Assembly: GCF_006345805.1 (NCBI RefSeq)
Contig: NC_043008.1
Coordinates: 54,374,001 to 54,438,000 of the forward strand
Direction: 5' to 3'
DNA length: 64,000 nucleotides
DNA from: Octopus sinensis
Lineage: Eukaryota
In this document: positions 36,801 to 51,464 of the stretch, one piece after another
Numbering within the stretch: position 1 is the stretch's first letter
Layout: every line of letters starts with the position of its first letter
The notes under the pieces: model-generated
What the model saw: only the letters and a program-made list of their open reading frames with translations
Databases searched by the model: none
What the model was told of the DNA's origin: nothing
Translations under genes and position numbers: made by a program

Positions 36801-39328
36801 GATGTATGGGTATGTCGATTCATCATCCAATTCTCAGCAACTTTTGCATGATCACTGGGACACCATGACCGAAGACATAGAGATTCAAGCACAACTGGAC
36901 TTAGAACATACCTAGAGGTCTTTCATGAAGATAGGTTCAGATATAAACGCTTACAATTCCAATAGAATCCAATAGAGTGCTTTGCTTTCTACATAGTGCT
37001 GCAGTGCTGTTGGTTTAATCTCGAGTTGGATAACATAATTTTAATGTTAATTGAGCTTGGTGTACACATGCCAATTATTCCCAGCCCATTTTTTGAGACA
37101 TTTATTAATTTACACTTAAGATTGAATAGAAGTTTTTCTTAGGATCCTTAAGAGTAATGTAGAATGTACAAAGTAGTTTCCTACTTTTAGTTGAGAGACT
37201 AGTGTTTTTGTTTCTGTATTTATGATGTTATACATGTTACCGCTAGTCGTTTTTTCTTATGTGCTTTCAGGCAAGAGTTAAAAGTGGGAAATAACACCAG
37301 TCATCTAGTCTGCCAGTAAGTATATGTTGTGAGACAGGACTAATTTCACCTCTCCATCTCGGTATATCTCGAAAGTTAAAGACATTGGAATCAAATATGT
37401 TACCATAACTTAAAATAAAGTGGATTATGCTAGAAGCCGCACACCATGTTTATCCGAGAAATTTCATATTACTGCCGCCCAGAGAATGTAGAAACGTGGA
37501 TATTATGTACAATTTTAGAGACATTTTTGTGTTCGGGGATAGATTACTTCCTCCTCATCTATCTCCTCCCCATCTCCTCCTCCACCTTCTCCCCTTCTTC
37601 TCCGCCTCATCCTTCTTTTTATTATTCATATTTGTCTGGCTTTCTTTTCAAGTCATTCTTTTCAGCTGTCTTAAAGTTATTATATTATTTTTTCATCTCT
37701 TCCGGTTTCTTCTCCATCCTTCTTCGTCTGTCTTCTTTTGCTGCCTGTCGTCTGGAATTACTTCAGTACACAAGCAGACATCAAATAGTATATCTCTTTT
37801 TAAATAAAATTTAGTGTCTCACATAATTTTTGTCTTTGATTTTTGTATGAGTTTATTTTCTAGAAAGTTCACTTAGAACAATTAATCAAATACAATCTGC
37901 TCACTTCGTTATCGATAACAAGTTTTATTGAACAGACTTACTTTAAAAATAAATAAAAATAACACATCTGTGTGTCCTTTGATTTCCTTGCCTTTCTTTC
38001 ACTAAGATTTTACACCGTATTAATTCAATACCGGCTTCCTTCATCTTTAACACATCTCTTGATATCTTAATAACCTTTCGTGCTTTCATATTTAAGACTG
38101 TCCTTATATTCTATCTCTTTAAGACTGGTCTTGTTTATTTTTATGACCTCCCTCCACCTCTCCTATTTTAATCTGCCATTTCATGAGGAATATTAATATT
38201 ATTTCATAATATTGCGAAACACAGGTACATCACCATCACAACCAGTGTTACCAACACCACCATCATTACTATCATCCCCCCCCCCAATTAAACACAACCA
38301 TTATCATCACCGCCACTACCATCTTATCTTAGTCATTAAGCACTTAATCGTATATATTTCTTTTGACTTTGATATTTTCCTCCATAAATTTTCTATTGTG
38401 GGTGTGTTTTTGTATATATATATGTGTGTTATATATATATATAATCACTATTACCATCACCATCATCGTAGTAGTCGGCGCCGTCGTTATTTTATATCCG
38501 CATTCCATGCTAGGATGAATAGACAATTTCAACAGAGTTCAACAGGTTGGAGGACCGTGTGTTGGCCCCAATATCTATTGGGGCGTGCATAGTTTTCTAT
38601 ATTTGAATGTCTTTCCTAATCCTAGACATTTACAGAATGTACTTAGTTCTTTTTTATCTTTCTTATTTGGCACCAGCACTCGTAAGGTTGCTTGTCATCA
38701 GCAAGCCTAAAGAACTCTCTCAAGCACTGCGTTGTCGCTGTTCGAATCGATTATCACTCATTTAGAATGTATTGGGGGATTTTTTTGCGGCACTAACACT
38801 GGTGGCATCACCTTGCGATTTGTACATCCGTAAAGTGAACCCCAGCTTTATTGAAATAGTGTGGTAAATCTGCACATACATACATACATACATACATACA
38901 TACATACATACATACATACATACATACATACATACATACATACATAAACACACACCATTTTTTTTATGTGGAAATTCCAATGAAGGAGCCTTGAATCTAG
39001 GTTAGAAACCGATTCTTTCTCTATTGGCAAGGAATCTTGAAATAAACTGAATAATGACATACATACATACATACATACGAGTGTGTGAGACGAAGAGAGG
39101 AAGTCTCCTTATCTTGTTATCGCACCCAAATTGTGAGTAATTGTGAATAAATATCGTCTGGGCATTGTGCCGTTGAGTTTTGAGGGAGAAGAGGAAATAT
39201 TATGTTGCTTAGAAACAGGTGAGGACTGACGACCGGAAGAGCATTTTCCCGTAGGAAATTTGCTGCAACGAATTTCGGTTAATCCATACAAACGTGTGTG
39301 TGCGTGTGTGTGTGTGCGTGTGCGTGTG

Positions 39329-39397
<69 letters not shown>

Positions 39398-39959
39398 TGT
39401 GTGTCTTTGAGCATATAGACAACGCAACACAGACTTTAAAAAAAAGACTTTCACTTAGAACAATTTACGAAGATTTTACCGGCAGCGTGACAACGAATAA
39501 CGACGGGTTTTCAATAATAAAAATTTCTTGGTTAACTTCATCAAACATCCTTCTACCTACTTCACTACTTACAAATGGTATCTGTCGTCAGAAGCAAAGG
39601 AAGAGAAGCATCCTCTTGTTAATTACGTAAAAAATATAATAGAAAAGTTCCGTTGCCTGACGTCACAACTGAAAACATTCTATTGTCTCCAAAGTTTCAC
39701 AGAAGAACGGTGGCATGTCTTCCTGAAAGGTTTTTGCATGGGGAAAATAAGGGACAAAAACTGGGGATCTCTTCCTAAAAGATGGACTGGAAAGGTACGT
39801 CATAATGAGGTAAGCTATGACGAATTCCATGCAGACGGAAAGTAACGTATTACCTAACATACACTATGTCTTGTAGATACCAAAATAGCTTCGTAGTGAA
39901 GATCTTGAGTATCAGATTGTATTCTTGAGAGATTCTGATAGGCAGCACAGAGCATATAA

Positions 39960-40212
39960 TGTCATATATATTGTTTTCACTTGGGGCATCTCTCATGTGA
40001 AAGTGCCGACGATATGCTCTCTGGGTTTGAATAATTGACCCCTGATTTTGATAGAACAATTTCACTGCTTGTGTGCGTTGTGCGATGCCATATTTTTTCA
40101 TAATTAATTTTCGGGTCCTAGTTCATAAATTCCCTGAAAAGAAAAGAAAGGGGTCGAAAAATAAAAGAATTATCAAAATTTGCAATCCCTCAGAAACTTT
40201 TGGACCACCCTT
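39960..40212 (-). mobile_element. Tc1/mariner 5' end with N-terminal HTH remnant
   Basis: TA + AAGGGTGGTCCAAAAG terminus; MKKYGIAQRTQAVKLFYQNQGSIIQTQRAYRRHF..DAPS resembles a DUF4817-type HTH. Confidence 0.6.
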
Positions 40213-40494
40213 TACTAGTTAAATTTCTATTGCATTTGCAATCAGACGTTTTGATAAAATTTTATATTTGTTTAATAATACACGAAACCGCTGCTTTTCC
40301 GCATTGAGAGGTCACAGCTCCTGTACGACACATGATTAGAATGTTGTAGGAAAAACTCGCAAGATAGATTCTTCATGCCGAGTCAACTGACAGGAGATAC
40401 AGGGGTAGACCAAGAATGAGATGGTTGGGTAATATTGATTGTCTCCGTTGGTCACTCTTTGGAATCCAGACAGAAAGTCTAATGATGGTTGTCC

Positions 40495-40993
40495 CGGTTA
40501 ATATCTAGATCCGCACATTTTTTTCAGCGCGCATTTTTTTCTCGATATTTGTTGAATATACGGCACAGAATGTTTTCATCTCAATAGACGTCATTGATTG
40601 GTTGAAATTGTAGAAATTGAAGAAAAAAAACAACAACAAATATCTTACAAACCATAGAATTTTCTCAATAAAGCCAAGAGAAAAAGATGTTTTATAAACA
40701 CATTCTACCAGTATACGAAGTTTAAAAGTGTTTAGTTACGTGGAAATTATTTTAAAAAAAGAAGTATTAGACGATTTCTGTTTCGCTCCTGTGACCGGGT
40801 GTTGAGGTTTACTGCTCGGATTCTCTACGGTTGATCGTGGGACCGTGGGAATTTTCCGAGCCCCCTCCCTCACACCCCCGTTTGTCAGCGCGCATTTTTT
40901 TTCCGTCATATTCCTTTAATATACGATGCCTTACACCTGTTACACATATTCGTTTCCATTTTTCCCACCGGGTGCGGATCTAGATATTAACCG
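40495..40993. mobile_element. MITE bounded by a perfect 22-bp inverted repeat
   Basis: CGGTTAATATCTAGATCCGCAC at 40495..40516 and its reverse complement at 40972..40993. Confidence 0.75.
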
Positions 40994-41402
40994 TTGTCCC
41001 TAATAGAACCCTATGCAAGAGGTGCCTATGGACTCTACCCCTATGAGCTGCCAAAGAATAGTGGACAGAAAGGATGGATGGATGGATGGATGGATGGATG
41101 GACGGATGGACGGACGGACGGACGGACGGACGGACAGACGGACGAACGGACAAAACTGTTAAATTCATTTCAAATTTGAATTTACTATAATTTCCAAGTG
41201 ACCAGGAGGGTAGTTATGCGAAACTTTTAGCATCTCAAGAAATATATTTAAATCTAAGATATGGATTTAACATAAACATATTCGTATGTTATTAAATGGC
41301 TTTGTAGTCATTTTAGTTTCAAACGACGATCTCAGATAAAATCAGTGGCTAGACAAATACAATTCCGGAAGCTAAATTAAACGCTAGAGAGTGTTATATT
41401 TT

Positions 41403-41818
41403 AACTAGCAGTATCGCCCGGCGTTGCTCGGGTTTGTAAGGGAAATAACTATATAAGCATTTTAGAGAGTTATAGCCAAAAAGTAGCAAAAAAATGCATT
41501 AAAAATGGAAAAAAATTATGGTAAATTTTTTTTTAAATCGTTGACTCATCGTAGACATTTTTAGAGAGTTACTTCCCTTATATAATAGCGAAAATGCATT
41601 AAAATGGAAAAAATGCATTAAAATGGAAAAAAATGATGGTAAATGTTTTTTTAAATCGTAGACTCATCGTAGACGCGCGCTAATACCCAGAAGGGCTCGA
41701 TATGAATCACGACTATAAGATACCCGGTTTTAGTTAAACTGCACCGCAAAATGTGGGAGTAGTTAGGAATCTAAATCGTAGGAGACAGACACACAACTTC
41801 ACTTTTATATATAAAGAT
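41403..41818 (+). mobile_element. Helentron-associated non-autonomous element (HINE/DINE-like)
   Basis: ACTAG..CCCGGCGTTGCTCGGG hairpin start; GACAGACACAC..TTTTATATATAAAGAT end. Confidence 0.65.
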
Positions 41819-42187
41819 GTATTACTCACCCACTCTTTTATCATGCAATTTGCTATGTTGGGTGATGTTGTTTATTTTTAACATAGTTAAGTAAAGTGGG
41901 AGCTAGCGACGAACGTACATAGCCACGTGAATAGTGGTTGAATCTCTATATATATAAACGGCAAAATGTCTGTCTGTGTGTCTGTGTGTGTATCCTTTAT
42001 ACAAATCCGCGTTTCGAAATTAAGTCATAGGAAAGCATAAAAATTAAATAATTATGTCTTACCTAACTATTTTTCTCTTCAGCGTAGGACTCTTCAATTA
42101 GTAGAAAGAATAGCCATAACTCTTTGACTGCAATTTCTAAATTCGGTGTGTGGTGAGGCAAATCGTTGCTAAACCCTTAATTACTTA

Positions 42188-42229
<42 letters not shown>

Positions 42230-42899
42230 TTGCCTATAAAACAAAATTCCTTTACACGTGGTTACCACTATTGAAAAGACTGCCTCCACGCGCTGCTACT
42301 ACACTTTCGTCCTTGCCAGCAAAAAGGCTTCTTCGTTCGTCCCCTTGTGTGGTTAATTTCCTGTATAGTATTCTTGTTATTTTCTCGTTTTGTAACTAAT
42401 TGTACTTTTTGTACATGTATTTTTATTTTTGCAGTTTTATTGTTTGTCTATGCCAGAAAAAAGGCTTTTTCGTTCGTCCTCTTGTGTTTGTTTTTGTACA
42501 TGTATTTTAATTTTGCAGTCTTATTGTTACGTCTTGTTTGTGTTCGTACTCATTGTGCCCCGCTGCTTGAAATTTTATTTTAATTCTCTCGCAGGAAGGC
42601 CTATTGGATTAGTGTTCTGTTATGCCTTCGAAACATGCCTGACTCCTCTAGCGACAGCTGATGACGGGGGTTTTGTCCTTGTGTAACCTGTCCTGTATTT
42701 GGTTTTCGTTTTCCGTTTTCTTGTTTTTTGTTTTTTGGCTTTTCTGTTTCTACGTCTTATTGTGATGTCCTGTACTTCCGTATAATTATTTATATATGCA
42801 TGTATATATACATGTAGATGTAGGTACGTACATATATGTTTGTATGTATGCATATATTTTTATTTATCTCCTATATATATATATATATATACATACATA

Positions 42900-43263
42900 T
42901 ATATATAAACGGCAAAATGTCTGTGTGTGTGTATCCTTTATGCAAATCCACAATTTTTCAGTTAGAGGGCTCGCACTTTCTATGGTCATTCAAAACCGTC
43001 CAAGAGTGGTCGTGCACATCTTTACATTTCCCCAGTCACCCAACAAAGTCATTAAAAAATCAATAAAAGTGACTTTTTTGTGAATTTTCTACTATCCAAA
43101 ACCCAATCGAAATGCCCGAAACTTGATACGCCAATTGAATGCCCGCTAGCTGTATGTGATTGGTCGGAGGTTTGGACAGTACTCGCATGTATGCGCGCAC
43201 GCACGCAGCTGTATATGCATGCACTAGCACTATGACCCGGCGTTGCCGGGTTATAGTGCTAGT
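42900..43263 (-). mobile_element. HINE-like element with a 19-bp terminal hairpin
   Basis: ACTAGCACTATGACCCGGC-GTT-GCCGGGTTATAGTGCTAGT at 43223..43263; ATATATAAACGGCAAAATGTCTGT at the other end. Confidence 0.65.
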
Positions 43264-43614
43264 AATAATTAAAAGAACACAAGGAAATGAGAAAATTTCA
43301 TCATTTTTTATTCTTATTGTACAATATTTGTGACACATGTATTTTAAAGCTTTATATAAGACTGAAACTGTCTTTAGTGCGGTAAGCTGCTAGAGAAGAC
43401 CAAGCTCTGACTACAATAGATATCCCTGGCAAATACTTTAAAAATCGACAAAAACCAAATATTGTAGATCTTGTTTTCTAAAGGTGGAAACAAAAGTTAA
43501 TTTCATTGCTGGACAGTACCGTCTTAAGGCATGGACACAATAGGCTGTTTCCCGAAGATTTCACCAGTGTAGGGACCCGATTTCGATCGATGTATGTTGT
43601 GGTTTGCTGTTAAT

Positions 43615-44031
43615 GGTTCTTTTCGGTTTGAACGGCAGTTTTTTAAAATAATTTCCACGTAACTAAACACTTTTAAACTTCGTATACTGGTAGAATGTGT
43701 TTATATAACATCTTTTTCTCTTGGTTTTATGGAGAAAATTCTATAGTTTGCAAGATATTTGTTGTTGTTGTTTTTTTTCTTCAATTTCTGCAATTTCAAC
43801 CAATCAATGACGTCTATTGAGGTGAAAACATTCTGTGCCGTATGAATATGTCCCTCGTTTAAGAAACAGATTGGGTTTATTTACATTTCTGAAGAAAAAA
43901 AGATACCCTTCCCCCCACCCCTAACACTAAAACAGATTGAAATGCAATAGATCGATACTAGGGTCATAATTATGGCTGACAATTTCATATGACACCGCTA
44001 GAAAAAACTGCCGTTCAAACCGAAAAGATCC
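43615..44031. mobile_element. MITE with 27-bp TIRs
   Basis: TCTTTTCGGTTTGAACGGCAGTTTTTT at 43618..43644 and its reverse complement at 44002..44028. Confidence 0.85.
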
Positions 44032-44689
44032 TTTATATTAACGAAACAAAATCAAAATTGCATCCCCAACTCATAATAAACTATCCGAAATTTTGTACGT
44101 TTAATCAATAATATGGTCTAAGAATTTCTTACATGAGTATGTCACCAGCATTTTTCAGGACGAAAAAGAAGACGGAAAAGACGAAAGAAAAAAAGACGAA
44201 AGAGAAAGCCCAAGAGAAGGAGAACTTCTACGAAGAGAAGACGGCGAAGGAGGCGAAAATAAGTGAGAAAAATGACGAAGACGGTTACGAAAATAATGAA
44301 GTAGAAAAATACATGAAATGGAAAAGAAAACTGGTTCGGTTCAAAAACTCGTATATTAGTTTCGTATAAAAATGCTCAACACTTTCGTGATTAAAAAGAT
44401 ATCAAGTTTGTTTTTGGTGTTGTTGTTGCTAATGTAATGGGAATTTAAAGCAAGTTGTTTTGTCGCGGGTAGAAATACTCAGCTTCTGCATCGACCTTAT
44501 TCTCTGCAGTATCTGCTGATTAAGACTCGAGATGTGATGGCCATGAAAAAACTGAGTCTGACAAGAATCTAAAACCTTTAAGATTCAATGGCATTATAAT
44601 AATTATTGGTTTCAAATTTTTCCACAAGTGCAGCAATTTGTAGGGAGAAGATGAGTGCATTACATCCACCCCAGTGTTCAACTGGTATT

Positions 44690-45178
44690 TATTTAATCGA
44701 CCCCGAAATGATGAAAGGCAAAGTCGACCTCGGCGGAATTTGAACCCAGAACGTAGCGACAGGCGAAATACCTATTTCTTTACTACCCACAAGGGGCTAA
44801 ACACAGAGGGGACGAACAAGGATAGACAAACGGATTAAGTCGATTATATCGACACCAGTGCGTAACTAGTACTTATTTAATCGACCCCGAAAGGATGAAA
44901 GGCAAAGACGACCTCGGCGGAATTTGAACCCAGAACGTAGCGACGGGCGAAATACCTATTTCTTTACTACCCACAAGGGGCTAAACACAGAGAGGACGAA
45001 CAAGGATAGACAAACGGATTAAGTCGATTATATCGACTCCAGTGCGTAACTGGTACTTATTTAATCGACCCCGAAAGGATGAAAGGCAAAGTCGACCTCG
45101 GCGGAATTTGAACCCAGAACGTAGCGACGGGCGAAATACCGCTAAGCATTTCGTCCAGCGCGCTAACGATTCTGCCAT
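44690..45178 (-). mobile_element. SINE family B multimer (~2.7 units) fused to an older B-like tail
   Basis: Same AAGAAATAGG/TATTTCG junction as the other arrays. Confidence 0.88.
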
Positions 45179-45274
45179 CAAATTATGCCTAGGTCGACTT
45201 TGCCATTCATTCTCTCGGAGACGATGCAATAAGCATCAGTTCAGTACTTGGGTCGGATCTTTACCTTTTGGCCT

Positions 45275-45918
45275 ACAGATTTAAAAAAATAATTTTTAGT
45301 AACTAAACACTTTCAAACTTCGGACACTGGTGGAATGTGTCATATAAAACATCTTTTACTATTAGCATTTTTGAGAAAAACTTATATTTACAAAGTTATT
45401 TCACGTTAAAGTTGGCCTATTTCGGTAATTTCAACCAATCAATGACGTGTATTTAGCTGAATAAAATTACTGCCGTTGTTTGTCGACAACTATCGGCAGT
45501 GTATTTTTCGTTTGTCACTGTTATTTATGACATCGTTCGTGCGTTTGTACTGGTTTTTGCTTTAAGGTTTTAGGGTTTTAGGATTAGAGTTAGGGTTTTA
45601 GGGTTACGGTGTTAGGGTTAGAGTTAAGGTTTTAGGGTTAGGGTTTTAACGTTAGGGTTGTCATAAATAACAGTGACAAACGAAATATACACCGCCGGAA
45701 GTTCTTGTTGACAAACAAAAGTAGTAATTTTATTCAGCTGAATACACGTCATTGATTGGTTGAAATTACCGAAATAGGACAACTTCAATGTGAAATAGCT
45801 TCGGAAATATAAGATTTTCTCAAAAATGCTAAGAGTAAAAGATATTTTATATGACACATTCTACCAGTGTCCGAAGTTTGAAAGAGTTTAGTTACAAAAA
45901 ATTATTTTTTAAATCTGT
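45275..45918. mobile_element. Foldback element with ~260-bp arms and TTAGGG-like spacer
   Basis: 45275..45533 is inverted relative to 45659..45918; the spacer has variant (T)TTAGGG repeats. Confidence 0.85.
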
Positions 45919-46100
45919 CGGTCAATGTAATAAAACAACTAACCATCAAAATATTTCTGACGTTATTCAAACAACCATTATTCTATCGGTCTCTTTTGCC
46001 GAACCGTTAAGTTACAGGGACGTGAACACACCAGCATCGGTTGTCAAGCGATGTTGGGGGGAACAGACACAGACACACAAACATATACACACATACGTAA

Positions 46101-46142
<42 letters not shown>

Positions 46143-46984
46143 TGTGTGTGTATACATACATATATACGACGGGCTTCTTTCAGTTTCCGTCTTCCAAATC
46201 CACTCACAAGGCTTTGGTCGGCCTGAGGCTATAGTAGAAGACACTTGCCCAAGGTGCTATGCAAGTAACACATAGGCAAATATCGCATCCGTATATACTA
46301 TGTTGTGCGCAGGTAGACATACAAATACATGACGTATTCGCGCGCACACGCACACACACATACACACACACACACACCTATTTCTTTATTACCCAGAAGG
46401 GGCTAAACATAGAGGGGACAAACAACGACAGACATAGGTATTAAGTCGATTACATCGACCCCAGTGCGTAACTGGTACTTAATTTATCGACCCCGAAAGG
46501 TTGAAAGGTAAAGTCGACCTCGGCGGAATTTGAACTCACGACGTAACGACAGACGAATACGGCTACGCATTTCGCCCGGCGCGCTAACGTTTCTGCCAGC
46601 TCACACATACACATACACAGACACACGCACGCATAAAATATAAGCAATTATCTTCCCTTGATCGCCAGTACAACAGCATTGTGTTTTGGTGGCCATCTTA
46701 TTAGTTGCTATAACAACCAACTAGACGCCGAACAGTCTACCCCTAACAACACCACCACATGTCGTGTGACGTTCTATCGCATGAAACCAGCGAGTGACCG
46801 ATGTACGCTGATGAACTGGTCTCTCTATACAGACTGACCAACGTATTTTGATTATGTCAACGATAACTTATTGAACAACTCGTTAACGAAGTATAAAGCC
46901 TTTATGTACGTTTTCTTTATGTCTCCATCTGTCAATATATCTCTGAATCTATCTAACGAAGTATAAAATCTTCTATATGTTTCT

Positions 46985-47550
<566 letters not shown>

Positions 47551-47647
47551 CTTTCTGTCCCTGTCGTTAAAAGGCCTTGTGTGAGAAAGCATCAATTGAA
47601 GCACGAATTTCAAAACAGATATTGTTACAATGATGAATTTATGTATT

Positions 47648-47710
<63 letters not shown>

Positions 47711-48527
47711 CGCGCGCACACACATACATATATATTCATACATACATACATACATACATACATACATACATACGCACACATGCATGCCCGAACACACACA
47801 CACAGATACTCACACATACACTCACACTACACACAGAATATAAAATCATCAAATATATCTATGGAATTTAAGAGCTCAGTTATGAGAACATCTGTAAAAT
47901 TTATGATTTTTTTTCCTTTCTTTTAAGTATTCTAAGTGCATGTATATGTATGAGTGTGTGTGTATGTGTGCATATGTATACACACACACACACACAAACA
48001 CGCATATACGTGTGAGGGGGTGGCTGTATGGCTAATAGCCTTGCTTCCAAACCATGTTGTCTTCAGTTCAGTTGCACTGTGTGATGCTCTGGGCAATATA
48101 TCTTCTACATAGACAGGCTCCGGTCAACCAGAGACTTTCATGTGTCTGTATTTGTGTTGTGTTTCTCTCCCTCGTCCCCACCCCCACCAGTGGTCATTTA
48201 TTTATGTCCCAGTAACTTATCATTTCAGTGAAAGACACCAATAAAACAAGTCCCATATTTATGCAGAAAACAAGTACTGGCATCAATTTGTTCAGCACAA
48301 GCCATTTAAAGTGGTGTTCCTGCATGGCCACAGTCCAATGGTTGGCATGGCTGTGTGGTTAGAAGCTTGCTTCCCAACCACATGGTCCCAGATTCAGTCC
48401 CACTGCAAGGCACCCTGGGTCTTCAACTCTAACCTCAAGCTAGCCAAAGCCTTGTGAGTGGATCTCGTAGAATGGAAAGTGAAAGAAACCCGTTGTATAT
48501 ATATCTGTGTGAGTGTATGTGTATGTA

Positions 48528-48574
<47 letters not shown>

Positions 48575-48808
48575 GGCGTAGACGTGGCTGTGTGGTAAGT
48601 AGCTTGCTTACAAACCATGTTTCCGGGTTCAGTCCCACTGTATGACACCTTGGGCAAGTGTCTACTACTATAACCTCAGGGCGACAAAAGCCTTGTGAGT
48701 GGATCTGGTAGACAGAAACTGAAAGAAGCTTGTCGTATATATATATATATATATATATCAACTAAAGGCGGTGCTCCAGCATGGCCGCAGTCAAATGACT
48801 GAAACAAG

Positions 48809-48846
<38 letters not shown>

Positions 48847-49095
48847 ATAATAAGGGTAGAAATTGATGTTAATCAATTAAACCAGTGGCTTAGCATATTT
48901 TAAAAAAATTGAAAGATTAAAAATTGTGTTACATACAAAATTTAGAGGAATGACCACTAAGTGACCACATCAAATCGCCATTTCCATGAAGAATGTCTTC
49001 TTGAGAACACATTCTTCATGGTGATGGCGATTTGACGTCTATGTTTAGCATATAGGGTGTCCACTTTAGTGGTCATTCCTCTTAATTATATATAT

Positions 49096-49735
49096 TCTAG
49101 CATTATGACCCGTCTTTGCCGGGTCATAGTGCTAGTGCATGTATATATGTGTACATATTACATGTACATCTATATATATACATCTACAAATAAAATACAA
49201 AACACAAAGTTATATCTTGATATCGCTAGTGATAACAATACTGAAAATATATAACAGACTGGAATTGTAGGACTATTCCATTTCTGCACGCTAATTTTAT
49301 TTTTAATTTATTCCCATTCATGTGAAACCACTTATTCAAGTTCAAATCCTTGATGCAATTTTATAGCAATTGCTATTTTTACTTTTGTTATGTTACGATT
49401 ATATTATACTTTAGTTTGATTTTAATTATTACTTACTACATATAATTCAATTGTTATTATTATTTTTATTGTTAAAGTGAAAGTATCTGACATAAAATAG
49501 AGAAACGTATTTGTTTCACTTTTACCACGTAATACTGAAATAGTGGAGAAGATATGATATTGCTATGGGCTCGCCCTAGGCAAGAAGTTGAACATTTTTT
49601 TTTTGCCCATGAAGCTACATGGACCCTAAGTAAGGCATGTGTAAAATTTGAATGAAATTGGTTGTGTAGTTCTCAAGTTTTAGGGAAACACACAGACAGA
49701 CAGACACACATTCTCAGTTTTATATATATAGAGAT
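49096..49735 (+). mobile_element. HINE-like element just upstream of the LRRC23 start
   Basis: CTAGCATTATGACCCG..CGGGTCATAGTGCTAG hairpin; (GACA)n..TTTTATATATATAGAGAT end. Confidence 0.65.
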
Positions 49736-49990
49736 ATATAATTGGGGCTTTTTAAAAAATTTCTGACAAACCCAAACCATTTTCTTTTTCTTTATTTCTC
49801 TACAATGTAAAACAGGAGAAAAAAAGTCAGGCAGTTAAAATAAACAAAGGAATGAAAAGAAAAAGTCTATGAATGTTGCAGAAAATTTCCGCATGAATTA
49901 GTTGTTATGAAGAACTTTTGAACAATTTGGTTGAAAGACTGTGAAGAAGGTTTGATTCAGCAGAGAAAGTAGAGGTGGTAACATTTGGAA

Positions 49991-50071
49991 ATGTCGGAGT
50001 CGGAATTGCCAGAAGTACTAGAGGAGGACGAAGATGTGGAAGAAGGGGAACAGGAAGAGGGCGAAGAAAAG
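49991..50071 (+). CDS. LRRC23: LRRC23 probable first coding exon (acidic N-terminus)
   Basis: ATG...MSESELPEVLEEDEDVEEGEQEEGEEK then AAG/gtaatt donor in phase 0. LRRC23 orthologues have an acidic N-terminus. Confidence 0.75.
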
Positions 50072-51071
50072 GTAATTGATTTAATTTATAATTTGTATTT
50101 AAATTATTCCTAATTTGGTAGATGTTAGAGATCAGTGTTTTGGGTTCTTTTTCTTTTTTTTTTCTTTTTAGGGGCCTCCAAGGTTAGTGGCAGGAAGGAA
50201 GGGTATACCACTACAATTATCCTACACCTCACACTGGTTTTGTTTCCTTGTAACTTTCAGAAAAAAAAAAAAAAAAGGGATATTTTTTTAATGAAACTTT
50301 CTACAAATACCTTTCTACTGATTTAGGTTATGAGTATATCAGAATTTCATCATCATCATCTTTTAATGTCTGTTGTTCATGCTGGCATGGGTTGGACGGT
50401 TTGACCAGGACAGTCTAATTCGGCATGGTTTCTATGTGTGTCAGTATGTGTGTGTGTGTGTGTGTCCACTTTTATTTTGTTTTTTGTTTTTAGTCGCCTT
50501 AAATTTCGATATAATCATGATCTACACCATCTGAAAATCTGAAGGGTATTTGTAGAAAATTTTATTCAAAAATACCCAATTTTCTTAAAGTTATGAAGAA
50601 ACGAAATCAGTGGGGGGTAGATAGGTGGGGCTCGCTTGTGTAAGTATGCCGGGAGGAAAATATCCTCAAACCGGAGATATGGCTTTGATACTTGCAACAG
50701 AATGAACTTTGCTAAAGACACTCGAGGGGCTAGTTGGCAGTGTTAAACCTACCGTCCAGTAGGCCATGGCAGGATTTGAACGCAGAACGCAAAGAGCCGA
50801 AACAAATACCGCAAGACATCTAGTCCGATGTCTTTACAGTTTCGGCAATCAATCGCTCTGGCTTCTTAGTTTCTATCGGCTCTGAAAGGATTAAGAAAGA
50901 AAACATTAAAAATCTCAGAAAACTTTCATTTTCTTCGAAGAATGACCTCCTGTCGAAAGTCCAAAACTCACCTCGCCGTTCCACTTGAGCCACGAATATA
51001 ATTCAACAGTTAAATAGGTTTCTAACTGAAATACAAAGCTACGATATGTTGTGGGTAGTGGTTGGTACGTG

Positions 51072-51464
51072 GCAGAAACTTTAGCGCGCCGGGCGAAATG
51101 CTTAGCGATATTTTGTCTGCCGTTACGTTCTGAGTTCAAGTTCCGCCGAGGTCGACTTTGCCTTTCATCTTTTCGGGGTTGATTAAATAAGTACCAGTTA
51201 TGCACTGAGGTCGATATAATCGACTTAATCCCTTTGTCTGTCTTTGTTTGTCCTCTCTGTGTTTAGCCCCTTGTGGGTAGTAAAGAAATAGGTATTTCGT
51301 CTGCTGTTACGTTCTGAGTTCAAATTCCGCCGAGGTCGACTTTGCCTTTCATCCTTTCGGGGTCGATTAAATAAGTACCAGTTACACACTGAGGTCGATA
51401 TAATCGACTTAATACGTTTGTCTGTCCTCTCTGTGTTTAGCCCCTTGTGGATAGTAAAGAAATA
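51072..51464 (+). mobile_element. SINE family B dimer with perfect 12-bp TSD
   Basis: GGTTGGTACGTG at 51060..51071 and 51465..51476. Confidence 0.92.

Noticed and set aside
38180-38232. ATGAGGA...GAAAC..GTA hammerhead-like spacing
   Set aside because: C3 is missing and there is no stem I pairing; indistinguishable from chance in AT-rich DNA.
44133-44369. Lys/Glu-rich 78-aa ORF
   Set aside because: Low-complexity purine-rich stretch with no splice context or recognisable domain.
45555-45658. Chromosome end or true telomere
   Set aside because: Short, degenerate and enclosed by the arms of a foldback element.
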